24,173 nucleotides of DNA from a virus. Taxonomy: Duplodnaviria; Caudoviricetes. The first letter of the stretch is position 1, and the number at the start of each line of letters is the position of its first letter. Shown here piece after piece: positions 8,401 to 16,044 of the stretch. The translations under genes were made by a program, and so were the position numbers. The notes under the pieces are model-generated. The model was not told the DNA's origin, ran no database searches, and saw nothing but the letters and a program-made list of their open reading frames with translations. The stretch lies in the IMG/VR virus record IMGVR_UViG_3300046786_001371, positions 1 to 24,173 of that record; one strand, given 5' to 3'.

Positions 8401-10682
8401 TCAATTCCAGAAAGATTGTAAATATTTGTTATAGCCACACCAGAAGAATTGTAGAAGGTAGAAATCTCATTCCAATCCCAGTTTTGATATGCTGTATTGT
8501 CAGGAATAATAGCATAGTAAGCTTTATCCGATGTCAAACCATATTGATAGGTTTGATATGTTCCATCAGCTAATTTGTCAGAAGAAATCTTGAAACCAAC
8601 TAATGTTTTTGCAATTCCACTAGCATCTCTTGGTAATTTTAGATCTTCCCAAACATTACTTGTATTGTTGTAATAAACTTTGCCTAATGAAGTGAAAGCA
8701 TAAACATTTTTAAAATAATTTTCATTTGTTGGATAAATTATGTTATCTTGAAGCGATAAAATCTTTCCATAATCATTTTGCCAGTTAGTTGTTTGTGCTG
8801 TATTGCTACCTAAATTGAAGCTAAATAATCCTCTTGAAGACGCAGCATAAATCAAATTCAAGCTAGTGATAATATTTGCACTCTTATAAAAGGCACTAAT
8901 ATTATCGTTATATTGAATGTAAGAATTTGTATTTTGAGGATATAAATATGACTTGCCAATTCCAGTGGTTAAAAATTTATCTGGAGTGAAAGTCAAAGGT
9001 TGCTTATATCTATTCTCGCTGTAATGATTGATCTTTAAATTATTTATTGATATCTTGCCTGTAGATATACTATTGGCAGATAAATTCTTAATGTAATCAT
9101 TTGTTAGATCGTTCTTGATTTCAGTTTTACGTGCTTTGATTACAACAGACAAATCAAGGAAAGTGTATTGAGCATAATTTGGAATTGTGTTATTGAGCAA
9201 AATGCAACCAGAATAAGGGTTGATTGTATAGTGCGCTGGGTCAATCAATGTTTCTGCCAAATAAACTTCAGCAGTATCATATTGAAAATCTGTCCAAGCG
9301 AATAATGTGTAAAGGTCAGTTGTTAAACCAGTAGCATCAGTGTATTGGTAAATTGTTCCATCACTCAACTTTATGTATGTGCTGAATGTAAGGGCTGTAG
9401 ATAAGATTTGTTGATTAGCGTTTACTGCAATTAGGGTCTTATCAACAGCATATGGTAAATACACCTCAAGTTTGGATGTTGATTTAATGCTTTGGTTTAG
9501 ATAAATCTTATATGGGCTGCTTGATTCACTTATTGTGTAATCTAAACTGGAAAGAAGAATGCCATCAAGTTTTACAATTGGTGTGCCGTATGAAGAAATA
9601 GTGTCGTTAAAAAGAGTACCATCAACATTCTTTAATATAAAAATAGAAGTGTTATCATAGCTAGAACTTCCATCATTAGAAGAAGCTGTTAATACTAAAT
9701 AATTTCCAAGATCAATTTTTGCTGCTGTGTTTATTTCACCAAGATGTTTATGCTTTAGATAAGATAATTGAAGTTGTCTTTGAAATTCTCCAGCAGTTTC
9801 ATTTATTTGATTTCTTCTTTCTTCATAAATGATTTCTGAAATAGTATTGAAATCAGTGTATGTAGTGTCTGCTTTGTAAATGACAGTTGCTAGATATACC
9901 GCATTAGAATAGGTATTGTATTTTGAATCTGGAATTGATGGAAATGTGATATTACAAATTTCGTCTGATAATGTTGATATTCCAGATTCAGCCCAAGCAT
10001 AAAAAGTATTTGCTATAGTTTGTCTGAAATAATGTGGTTTTTCAGTTTTGGCAGCATATTTATCAATAATTCCATCACCAGTGCTAACTTTGATACATTG
10101 TTTGAAAGCATCTTGGAAATAAAGATTTGATGAGCCTAAAGTAAAGTTTGTTGATGAAACTGCACCAAGCCAAAGTGTTTTTTCGTTGGTTGATCCAGAA
10201 CTTACATAAACAACAAAATTATCAGAATAATCGGATGTTGAATCAAGACTTGAATGTCTAGCCCAAGTTGAAGAAGCTACAGTATAAACGCCATTTTGTG
10301 ATGCTGTAGATTGATCTTTTACTAATACAAGATCACCAGCAACAACAGCAATTCCATCAATAGTTTGCGCACCCGTAAGAGTGATATTTGTGGTGGTAGC
10401 AACTCGACAAGATACATTGAAATCAAGATTGAGTAAGGTCAGTTTCTGTCCATATTCGCTTGTGGCACTTGTGTTATATCCACCAAGAAGTAATATTTGA
10501 TCAGCTCTATTGTCTGCTAATTTAGATACATCCCAGCCATTTATAACTCCAGGACCAAAAAAAGAGTATATGCCTGAAAAATTAGATTCAGCTGTAAGCA
10601 TATTTTCATAGTCATAACCTGGATACCAAATATCGCCAAATTGTGAATATAAAAACTTGTAAATTGATGTACGATTAGCCAT
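2466..10682 (-). CDS. Giant multidomain virion fibre/baseplate-associated adhesin-like protein (2738 aa)
   Basis: Phage structural-type N-terminus (FGPGVINGWDV), two fibre modules, an HKH motif, many propeller blades including Asp-boxes (YRSFDEGNTF, WYTLDDGDCW), a beta-sandwich starting YLAQTFTT, vWA (FDNSAS...IVSD), and two C-terminal Ig-like domains. No signal peptide or TM segment. Confidence 0.75.
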   Translation of the reverse strand: MANRTSIYKFLYSQFGDIWYPGYDYENMLTAESNFSGIYSFFGPGVINGWDVSKLADNRADQILLLGGYNTSATSEYGQKLTLLNLDFNVSCRVATTTNITLTGAQTIDGIAVVAGDLVLVKDQSTASQNGVYTVASSTWARHSSLDSTSDYSDNFVVYVSSGSTNEKTLWLGAVSSTNFTLGSSNLYFQDAFKQCIKVSTGDGIIDKYAAKTEKPHYFRQTIANTFYAWAESGISTLSDEICNITFPSIPDSKYNTYSNAVYLATVIYKADTTYTDFNTISEIIYEERRNQINETAGEFQRQLQLSYLKHKHLGEINTAAKIDLGNYLVLTASSNDGSSSYDNTSIFILKNVDGTLFNDTISSYGTPIVKLDGILLSSLDYTISESSSPYKIYLNQSIKSTSKLEVYLPYAVDKTLIAVNANQQILSTALTFSTYIKLSDGTIYQYTDATGLTTDLYTLFAWTDFQYDTAEVYLAETLIDPAHYTINPYSGCILLNNTIPNYAQYTFLDLSVVIKARKTEIKNDLTNDYIKNLSANSISTGKISINNLKINHYSENRYKQPLTFTPDKFLTTGIGKSYLYPQNTNSYIQYNDNISAFYKSANIITSLNLIYAASSRGLFSFNLGSNTAQTTNWQNDYGKILSLQDNIIYPTNENYFKNVYAFTSLGKVYYNNTSNVWEDLKLPRDASGIAKTLVGFKISSDKLADGTYQTYQYGLTSDKAYYAIIPDNTAYQNWDWNEISTFYNSSGVAITNIYNLSGIEEISTQKTTFVAGETDDITIQRALYVGAIGTSTKGLYYGDFSQLSQIFNEPVKGIYWIKDGAYKNNIIWWNDYQAFITHTAKYYEDATGKYWSLPFSQSTTSFSNALCATTEDIDLTGTQTIDGVAVSAGNIILVKNQTNKAENGIYVASAGSWTRSTELDVNAEFINWKTVYVSSGTINGDSTWYLVVEDAFNFGTSDVVWEVQRLKIYQNSTPSGAGASSVINCVVQRNSTTFPTDYFIGHSNGIARVQEASLGTSVAYSELFWEPVFQGSANTLYSFDDGSNFGKLYAGTTNGIFVSTELLWQDVNVSSTVSLNYRWKRPNDTFSENETEFAIFDKDYNQITNFTLNYPYQMVAMGSSYVPGDQVYYEKSFNTFTTDPWNDTQTDSTRLFTYINNQPSTIPFYSSPSEGKITFTQSVLKSDIDNVKISIVNDFPTISDAGTKPHSSTFVPLYKTKTPIALLAKANSNTDTKIYVNQRISDYSLIELKAGNKYEIAVVKSVDNTVYPIEITLSVARLTSTTTYDVGTEVYGIKNEIVSGLEDDLYLAISNQTYNLASENNSNIQELARKIKSLNSTIFDFTSPTISQTDTRGLKNTLLIDNFSSNAKFDSLNSSFKNRTELIPTVNDFESDPIQVKGIVGLTKDGTGTRIITEKGVWKYTGYWELESTLDGAFDAGYIALNPNLEVIAGASNGLWKYDGSWTKQTSSARQNAYLTGFWNGTLFEAFATSDGLSVKLGTTNFLSDFLKLTTNNVNGIFKGTYVKNSLGNVQEFESLHAAGDDGYYVMGNDTQYASFSSFLVPRKMFTAGNPEGVSKYYKSFQAYSVPSSTNKTTYANPLFILTNDGILKVRNWKYSYPEDVNSSDFIVDSRFLRGLHCFSYAIDTEAAVGNTPGKSKIYIGTNDGVYRSFDEGNTFERSDYIGTLPTCVYDLQVFSSTFNSITQNVLVACTNNGIWYTLDDGDCWYRTGENTSEGYSPVLFASKPSNDIRFIASDSGSLGYLAQTFTTSSTASTISKVSAFLSIREQDGLSNSSYNDSLANTTLTAYVYSVDTNTKPQTQLAASSPITSSSVNVGGFTSFNLTSALDIPGTGSTTLALVIKETASSVPLFKWKKASTNNPFSGLGYSSSNAISWSGISTSYDFFFQAHYDNAYAPTETIVPIGNYNNTEVNWNSGVGSGITSGNDGYLYLEPKFVISTVFDNSASMQMSSGFVNGFNNLLTNILNRTNHPSNGQLSFVDLWTFGTSVKHETGSGFTNSGTAITSIIGSLKLNGENSNLYDCLEYALIGQQPAAIPTSTIDTKQEMDILSSSYIPLTFIVSDADNNTTVSLKSIEDNINYSWNNRSTKLVAFGVDDKTNTGSLRQLVQNTDGLYFDASSSYWSGITTALLHGGSNTLFAGSWTKSVEFDTSKFIKSITTVYTVSTGQSVDSSCTVKYKYSTDKKNYSDWITLTSTSTINKEITNLSFQIDMTEGWNNSTSLPVSPYVSQLYYTEVSPAVNYLFTTALTSTDDIFEYILSTDYSDTDKAKLTWGICKGNSTNWNDYEELIKNKNGVISSRQRSYKYTNALFYDKLTCIKSVNNNFTYFVYNDNARFTWLLSDTVEVYLNSSLVATNLYTIDNVNGTITFRQEVPSGNIVQVSISRTGSRYEAYGEGTVSTDHKNYYVINGRWPEDSNVVVLVNNEIVRGGYKLDRYDGKIIFDTNKSATDIITVFILQNSTYRLGLKVETYSSTASTTYNFEFTHNAVPNSNVYSHYLNTNIPSLKAESLVLNSDVSYASVGSTKQIASASRLYVDYNYISDNQQYKPRTRWYRTRTSGGGTTTVELDSTPNYRDRLVQRKADLSAANGYFNVNDQVYVTLEPNDNFDYGITYTSQPIIVKSLSAPYVYDVQIKSTNTIVDNKISANSVLQAYYNFNGSSDLSTIEWFEWTNGVSNKIAEGSLLNSAVVLRNMAISFIVKPYDGTTYGTPIESQVLYIV
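4270..4822 (-). other. von Willebrand factor A domain within the 2738 aa protein
   Basis: MIDAS DxSxS (VFDNSASM), SNLYDCLEYAL helix, FIVSD strand, KLVAFGV, LRQLVQNTDGLYF. Confidence 0.8.
7845..8090 (-). repeat. Phage fibre module copy (2738 aa protein, internal)
   Basis: ALCATTEDIDLTGTQTIDGVAVSAGNIILVKNQTNKAENGIYVASAGSWTRS..VYVSSGTINGDSTW. Confidence 0.85.
10168..10413 (-). repeat. Phage fibre module copy (2738 aa protein, N-terminal)
   Basis: CRVATTTNITLTGAQTIDGIAVVAGDLVLVKDQSTASQNGVYTVASSTWARH..VYVSSGSTNEKTLW. Confidence 0.85.
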
Positions 10683-10688
10683 TACTAC

Positions 10689-13600
10689 CTACGGAGTTGG
10701 ATTAAATTTAATGCTAGCATCTCCTATATCAAGTTGTACGGCAAAATCATACACCATAGATGGAGTTGATCCTACGCTTGTAAGGAAAATTCCGAATCTG
10801 ATTTTGCTGGATGCTTCTGGTAATTCAAAGGTTTGGTTTGGATTAATTACTGTGAAGTTGGCAAAATTGAATGTTTCATTAGTGTCATCAGATGTTGTAT
10901 ATCCGTACACGATGCTACCATTGTTTTTTAATTCGTTAGAAGTAAGTAAACCTCTTTTGATCATTGGTGCATCAGTGTCATAATTAGTAGTATCGAACAT
11001 TCTAGTGAAGAAATAACTACCTGATGAAGATGTGTAGGAAAGGGTCAAAGACAACAATTCTGGAGTGATATTTGGTGTTGCTGTAATAAGTTCAACCTTG
11101 TATTGCAACCATTTTCCAGAATATGCTGAAAGATCTACGGCAAGAGATTGTGCAGTTGTTGGAGCTAAACTATCATTGATGCTTGATAATGATTGAGCAT
11201 CACCATAAGAAGCTGCAATACATTCTGCTCTTGTATTTCCAGTCTTTACATAAATCTTTACTTGAGTTCCATTATCTAAAGTTGTATCTGGAGTTGATGG
11301 ATATTTGTTGAGAATTAAGGCAACAATCTGTGTCCAAGTAATAAGTGTTGGTACATATATTGGCTGAACTTCATAAATGCCATACTCTCTGATTTTACGG
11401 TCAGGAGCGTAAACTGGGTAAGCTCTTGAAGGGGGAACATAAATCCCCTTCCTAGATAGCGAGTTGTCAGCATTCTTTTGAATTTGATAGATAACGCCTG
11501 AATTATTAGTTGTAGATAAATTCTGGTTATTAGTATTAGTATTTGTCGTTGTTGTTGATCCAGTGCCAGCATTTACTTGCCCTTGTGTCGGATTATTAGT
11601 TTGGTTGTTTTGAGTATTTCCAGTGACAGGGTTGATTGTTGTATTTGTATTAGAAACAACAGTAGTATTTGTGTACTGAATAAACGAACTAGTATTGTTT
11701 GCGGTATTAGCCACTTGAATCATTCTGTCGCTAATAACAGGGAATCCACTTGTATGAGCTGGCAGAGATACACCTTGAATATTTCCAGCTTGATCCTTAA
11801 ATCTAGCATAAATGTATCTACTATTATTCTCATATGCAGTAGTAGTGAATTCATAAATACTACCGTCCATTCCAGCTCCGTAGAAAGTATTACCAATTGC
11901 TGTTACTGACTTAACTTTACTTGCACCATAGAACTGAGAAGCTGGGACTGCCTCAAAAGTTTCTCCGGTATTTTTCTGCCATAAGAATTTAAAAGTAGTT
12001 CCAGAACCAACATTGTTAGTTGTCTGTAGTTTTATTTTTAAAATATCACCCTCAACAACATTAAAAGCATTTGCTGAATAAAGTGTTGACAGTGTAGTTG
12101 ATTGATTGTAATTACCTATCTGCAAAGTATCGTTTACAAACAAGTTGTATCCAACACTACTGTCAATTCTAAATGATAATGCACCGTCTTTTGAAGCTAA
12201 AACTGCTCCTTCATAAGTGATAGAACTATTTGTAAATCCTGTAGGCGGAATGAATGAACTACCAATAGCACCTGTGTAATTAATTGCTTCAGTTTGTCCT
12301 CTGTAAGCAATAAAATTATAACTTTCAATGTCTCCAAGGTCTGTCCAAGTGATACCAGAACCAGTGTATGATCTCCAAGTTGAGTTTAATAAATTGGTGT
12401 CATAAGAATAGGAAACAATTTTCTTGAAGCCATTTATTGACTTGAAATATCCATAAGTTCCATTGTCAGCGCTAATATAAATATAATTACTATTTGGATC
12501 ATCGTATATACTGAAAATATGATCAGCATATGTGTCATAAAGTTTAGCCCAAGAATTAGCTGTTGCATTTGTAAAAGATAACTCCCAGATTTGTCCGCCT
12601 CTAAACCCTACTAAAACAGAATTTCTAGTGGATGATTTAGCTATACACTCAACATTGTCGAAGTTAGATGATAATGTTTGCACCCATTCAGCGTTGTAAT
12701 ATTTATATATGGCTGATGCTCCACTGCCATAAGCTCCTCCAACACCAACATATAAAGTAAATTCTTTGGCAGTGATGGCAGAAACTTGATCATATGAAGA
12801 GAATGTTTTAAGTTCTGTAATTGCTTTGCCGTTGTATTGATAAACCGAACAAGAACTAGTAGAACCCTTTGTAGATCCAAGGAAAAGATTGTTTCCTAAA
12901 GAACTCATTGAAACTATAGGCTTCAGCAACTTGTAGTTTGTAGTGGACAATGGATCTTTTGCGTTAAGAACACTCCAAAATTCACCATTATACGAGGTAA
13001 ATACAAGACCGTAATTAGTACCTGCATATGCTTTACCATTATATACGTGGATACAAGTAATTTGATATTTTTCACCTATAAGTGATTCATTTAAGATTTC
13101 ATAAACTGACCCACTCTTATAAACAAACATTTTGTGGTTTGCTGCTATTAATATCTTGTCATTGAATGTTGCAATGGCTGTAATTTCTGAAGTAGCATTT
13201 CCAGTCTTTTTTGACCACAAATAAGCAGCATTGGTAAGATCGATATTAGTGAATGTTGTCTCGCCAGCTGAAAAATCTATAAATCCTTTTGAGTCAGCAT
13301 TTGGGAAGGAAGTGGCATCTCTAAAGTCTGCAAATCTAGAAATTTGTGCTGCAACAACATCAGAAAATTGATCATAAGCAGCAAGAGTAATATCGCCTCT
13401 TTGATCAATAGTGAAATAATCTCCGTGATAAGCAATTCTAGCTGCATAAAGAGACAGTGGAGTTGTGAAAGTAAAGCTTAAGTAATCAGTTGTTTCTGGA
13501 TCTGCAATATTCTCAACAATATCTTCCCAGTCTGATGTTTGAGTTTTCTTAACTTGGAGGATGTATGTTTTGGTATTTTTAGCAGTAGCGCCAACAATTA

Positions 13601-14537
13601 AATTTGTAACTGTCGGATAAATATTGTTAGATGAATTAGCAGAATCTACATACACTGGATCAAATTTTTTGTATACATAGTTTGCCTGATCATTTCCTAT
13701 CACTTCATATTTAGAAAGATCTGAACTTCCACCATAAACTGATACTTCTTTCAATGGCACTTCAAAGATATCAAGCAAGTAATCTTTTGAAGATAATTCT
13801 GCTGATGTTGTATTGAATGCTGTAATTTTATAATATGGCGAGGTGTTTGCTATTCTGATCCAAGTTAGATTATCTGAATCATAGTAAGCAAATTCAGAAT
13901 CACTATTTGTAAAATTTGCAATATCAATAGAAGCAGAACCAACGGTAGGCATTGGTAGATTGTCTAATGTTATATGAATCCAATATGTGGTGTCTGCTGT
14001 TAAAGTCAAACCTGTATTTGAAAATGAATAAGACTCAAACGCTGTAGTTAGGTCATTGAATTGAATACTAGCAAATGAACCTAGAAGAGTAGAAGGAGCA
14101 TCATTGGTAGAATCGTGGGTATAAATAGAAACATTGATTCTATCTCCCAAATTTACAATGCTACCAGTTTTCTTTAATTTGAGAAAAATTGTTGATATGT
14201 TTTGATCTTTGTCAGAAACAATTTTAAACGCATTTATAGTCTGAACAAATGAATATGAAGATGTTGTATCAGTGTATTCTGTAGTAATTGAAGAATAACC
14301 AGTGCCAGAAAAATAATGTACTTTGATACCAGGATCAACATCATCTGCTTTTCTGTTTAATATCAAAATACCCTTAGGCGGAACAGTATCATAAATAACA
14401 CTGGCGTTAGGATAGAATTCAGACTTAACAAAAATATCTGTTGTCTCATCCTCGATTTCGTATCCTATTGAAGTGCCGTTATTTAATGCTTCATTCCAAT
14501 ATTTAGGATCGAAAAAACCGTAGTTATCATACGCCAT
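10689..14537 (-). CDS. Large putative virion structural/adhesion protein with beta-propeller and PA14-like domain (1282 aa)
   Basis: Propeller blades ([44 protein letters not shown]), a PA14-like domain, the Ig-like motif [11 protein letters not shown], an N/T/Q-rich linker and a C-terminal [19 protein letters not shown] beta-sandwich. Confidence 0.7.
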   Translation of the reverse strand: MAYDNYGFFDPKYWNEALNNGTSIGYEIEDETTDIFVKSEFYPNASVIYDTVPPKGILILNRKADDVDPGIKVHYFSGTGYSSITTEYTDTTSSYSFVQTINAFKIVSDKDQNISTIFLKLKKTGSIVNLGDRINVSIYTHDSTNDAPSTLLGSFASIQFNDLTTAFESYSFSNTGLTLTADTTYWIHITLDNLPMPTVGSASIDIANFTNSDSEFAYYDSDNLTWIRIANTSPYYKITAFNTTSAELSSKDYLLDIFEVPLKEVSVYGGSSDLSKYEVIGNDQANYVYKKFDPVYVDSANSSNNIYPTVTNLIVGATAKNTKTYILQVKKTQTSDWEDIVENIADPETTDYLSFTFTTPLSLYAARIAYHGDYFTIDQRGDITLAAYDQFSDVVAAQISRFADFRDATSFPNADSKGFIDFSAGETTFTNIDLTNAAYLWSKKTGNATSEITAIATFNDKILIAANHKMFVYKSGSVYEILNESLIGEKYQITCIHVYNGKAYAGTNYGLVFTSYNGEFWSVLNAKDPLSTTNYKLLKPIVSMSSLGNNLFLGSTKGSTSSCSVYQYNGKAITELKTFSSYDQVSAITAKEFTLYVGVGGAYGSGASAIYKYYNAEWVQTLSSNFDNVECIAKSSTRNSVLVGFRGGQIWELSFTNATANSWAKLYDTYADHIFSIYDDPNSNYIYISADNGTYGYFKSINGFKKIVSYSYDTNLLNSTWRSYTGSGITWTDLGDIESYNFIAYRGQTEAINYTGAIGSSFIPPTGFTNSSITYEGAVLASKDGALSFRIDSSVGYNLFVNDTLQIGNYNQSTTLSTLYSANAFNVVEGDILKIKLQTTNNVGSGTTFKFLWQKNTGETFEAVPASQFYGASKVKSVTAIGNTFYGAGMDGSIYEFTTTAYENNSRYIYARFKDQAGNIQGVSLPAHTSGFPVISDRMIQVANTANNTSSFIQYTNTTVVSNTNTTINPVTGNTQNNQTNNPTQGQVNAGTGSTTTTNTNTNNQNLSTTNNSGVIYQIQKNADNSLSRKGIYVPPSRAYPVYAPDRKIREYGIYEVQPIYVPTLITWTQIVALILNKYPSTPDTTLDNGTQVKIYVKTGNTRAECIAASYGDAQSLSSINDSLAPTTAQSLAVDLSAYSGKWLQYKVELITATPNITPELLSLTLSYTSSSGSYFFTRMFDTTNYDTDAPMIKRGLLTSNELKNNGSIVYGYTTSDDTNETFNFANFTVINPNQTFELPEASSKIRFGIFLTSVGSTPSMVYDFAVQLDIGDASIKFNPTP
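11496..11711 (-). repeat. Low-complexity Asn/Thr/Gln-rich linker
   Basis: About 70 aa, ANTANNTSS...[40 protein letters not shown], with no charged residues. Confidence 0.85.
11928..12392 (-). other. PA14-like domain
   Basis: [32 protein letters not shown]...[24 protein letters not shown] matches the PA14 pattern (G.i....G.y.F...sDDG..l.id...l.W......ip). Confidence 0.7.
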
Positions 14538-16044
14538 AATTTGATATTAAAAGCGGTTCAAAATTTGCAACAAAGTTATTAGAACTATCTTTCAATGCTG
14601 CAGCTCCGCCATCTCCACTATAACCAACTTTTACTATGCTGTTATAATTTATTTTATTGTAAAGTGATAATTTCACATCTGTTGAATAAGTGATTCCTAG
14701 TCCTGTTGCTGATTTTATAGGTGTAAATTGTCCATCTATTGAGACATTGAATGTTTGAATTCCTGTAGCTGGCAACATTGGTCTAGAATTATTTTCTGTA
14801 AATTTCAAATAAATATCTTGCCCATTTACATCAATATAACTGTTTGCTGTGTCTAAAGTCGGAGCGGTAGTATCAGTAATAAGATTTGCTGCTTTTATTG
14901 GACTTGACAAACTCGCAACTTTATTAGCATTGGAGGTTGTATCAGTAATATAATTTGAGACAGGTTGTGTGTAATTTACTGTAATAATATCTTCTGGGCC
15001 AAAATAAGAAGACATTGTAAGTAAATAAACAGTAGTTGCAACACCACTATAAACCAAAGCAGAAGCACCTATACTTGAAATTGTTTTGGCTACATTTGTG
15101 TATGAAACTCCAAAACCTGTTGGAGATGCTGGGGTTGTCGTTGTAGACATTCTCACATAAACAATATTTCCAGAAACACCAGTTCCAGTGTATGCCTGGG
15201 TAATTCTTGGTAAAAATGTTGTGCTAGTAAGGTTAGTGACAGCACTACCAGCAAAAGAAACCGCATAAGTTAAACCAGTGCCAGTGCTATCTTTGATTTT
15301 ATAAAAATCAGAAATAGGTTGAGTGTAAGTTAAGGTAACTGGATTTGTTCCATCGTTTACACCTAATCGGGAGTTCAGATCAAGAACAATAACTTTGCCA
15401 TTTGTAGCACTAGTTGGATCTAATACATAAGCATTTGAAATCGCAATGCCAGAACCATTTTGACTTACTGCAAAACCACTTACATTTGTAGATGGAAGAA
15501 GGGGTGGAGTAGCCTCTATGTAATAAACGTAAACTTTTGTTCCGTCGGTACTTGTGGTTGAATAATTGTATACAGGAGGATTCGCTTCTTTAGTAAGATT
15601 TGTAATCCCGACCCCTGTAAATGATGTTACATATGATTTTTGTATATCGTTATCTGATAATTTTGTAACTGTACTGCCAAATCCAGTTGCGTCATAAGAA
15701 ACGAAAACTGTTTGAGCAGTTAAGGCTACCCCACTACCATTATACGAATAATCTACAATTCTGTCAGAGTCTGCCAAAATCAACTGTAAAGTTTTTGGTG
15801 AACTAGCATCAACAAAAGTAGATGATGGAGTTACAGTGGTTGCAATTGCTCCAAACTTTTTAGTTACAGAAAATCTTAGTTGCAATCCAGTGGCAGGTTC
15901 AAGACCAGTGCTATCTATATCTTCAAAGTTTAAATAAATTCTTTTTCCATCATATGAAGTGTATGATAGATTAGTCAAACTTGTAGAGATTCCAGGACTA
16001 GCACCACTGAAAGCTATGAATGTATTTCTTAAATCTTCGCTCAT
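14527..16044 (-). CDS. SwmB-type (SWM) repeat protein with four tandem repeats (505 aa)
   Basis: Four repeats of about 120 aa with the pattern P.....DG..iyl.f.E...lP....F.V.......L.L......v.v.Y......l.D.....v.sF....vtN.t, e.g. [36 protein letters not shown]. The gene overlaps the next one by 11 nt. Confidence 0.78.
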   Translation of the reverse strand: MSEDLRNTFIAFSGASPGISTSLTNLSYTSYDGKRIYLNFEDIDSTGLEPATGLQLRFSVTKKFGAIATTVTPSSTFVDASSPKTLQLILADSDRIVDYSYNGSGVALTAQTVFVSYDATGFGSTVTKLSDNDIQKSYVTSFTGVGITNLTKEANPPVYNYSTTSTDGTKVYVYYIEATPPLLPSTNVSGFAVSQNGSGIAISNAYVLDPTSATNGKVIVLDLNSRLGVNDGTNPVTLTYTQPISDFYKIKDSTGTGLTYAVSFAGSAVTNLTSTTFLPRITQAYTGTGVSGNIVYVRMSTTTTPASPTGFGVSYTNVAKTISSIGASALVYSGVATTVYLLTMSSYFGPEDIITVNYTQPVSNYITDTTSNANKVASLSSPIKAANLITDTTAPTLDTANSYIDVNGQDIYLKFTENNSRPMLPATGIQTFNVSIDGQFTPIKSATGLGITYSTDVKLSLYNKINYNSIVKVGYSGDGGAAALKDSSNNFVANFEPLLISNYGV

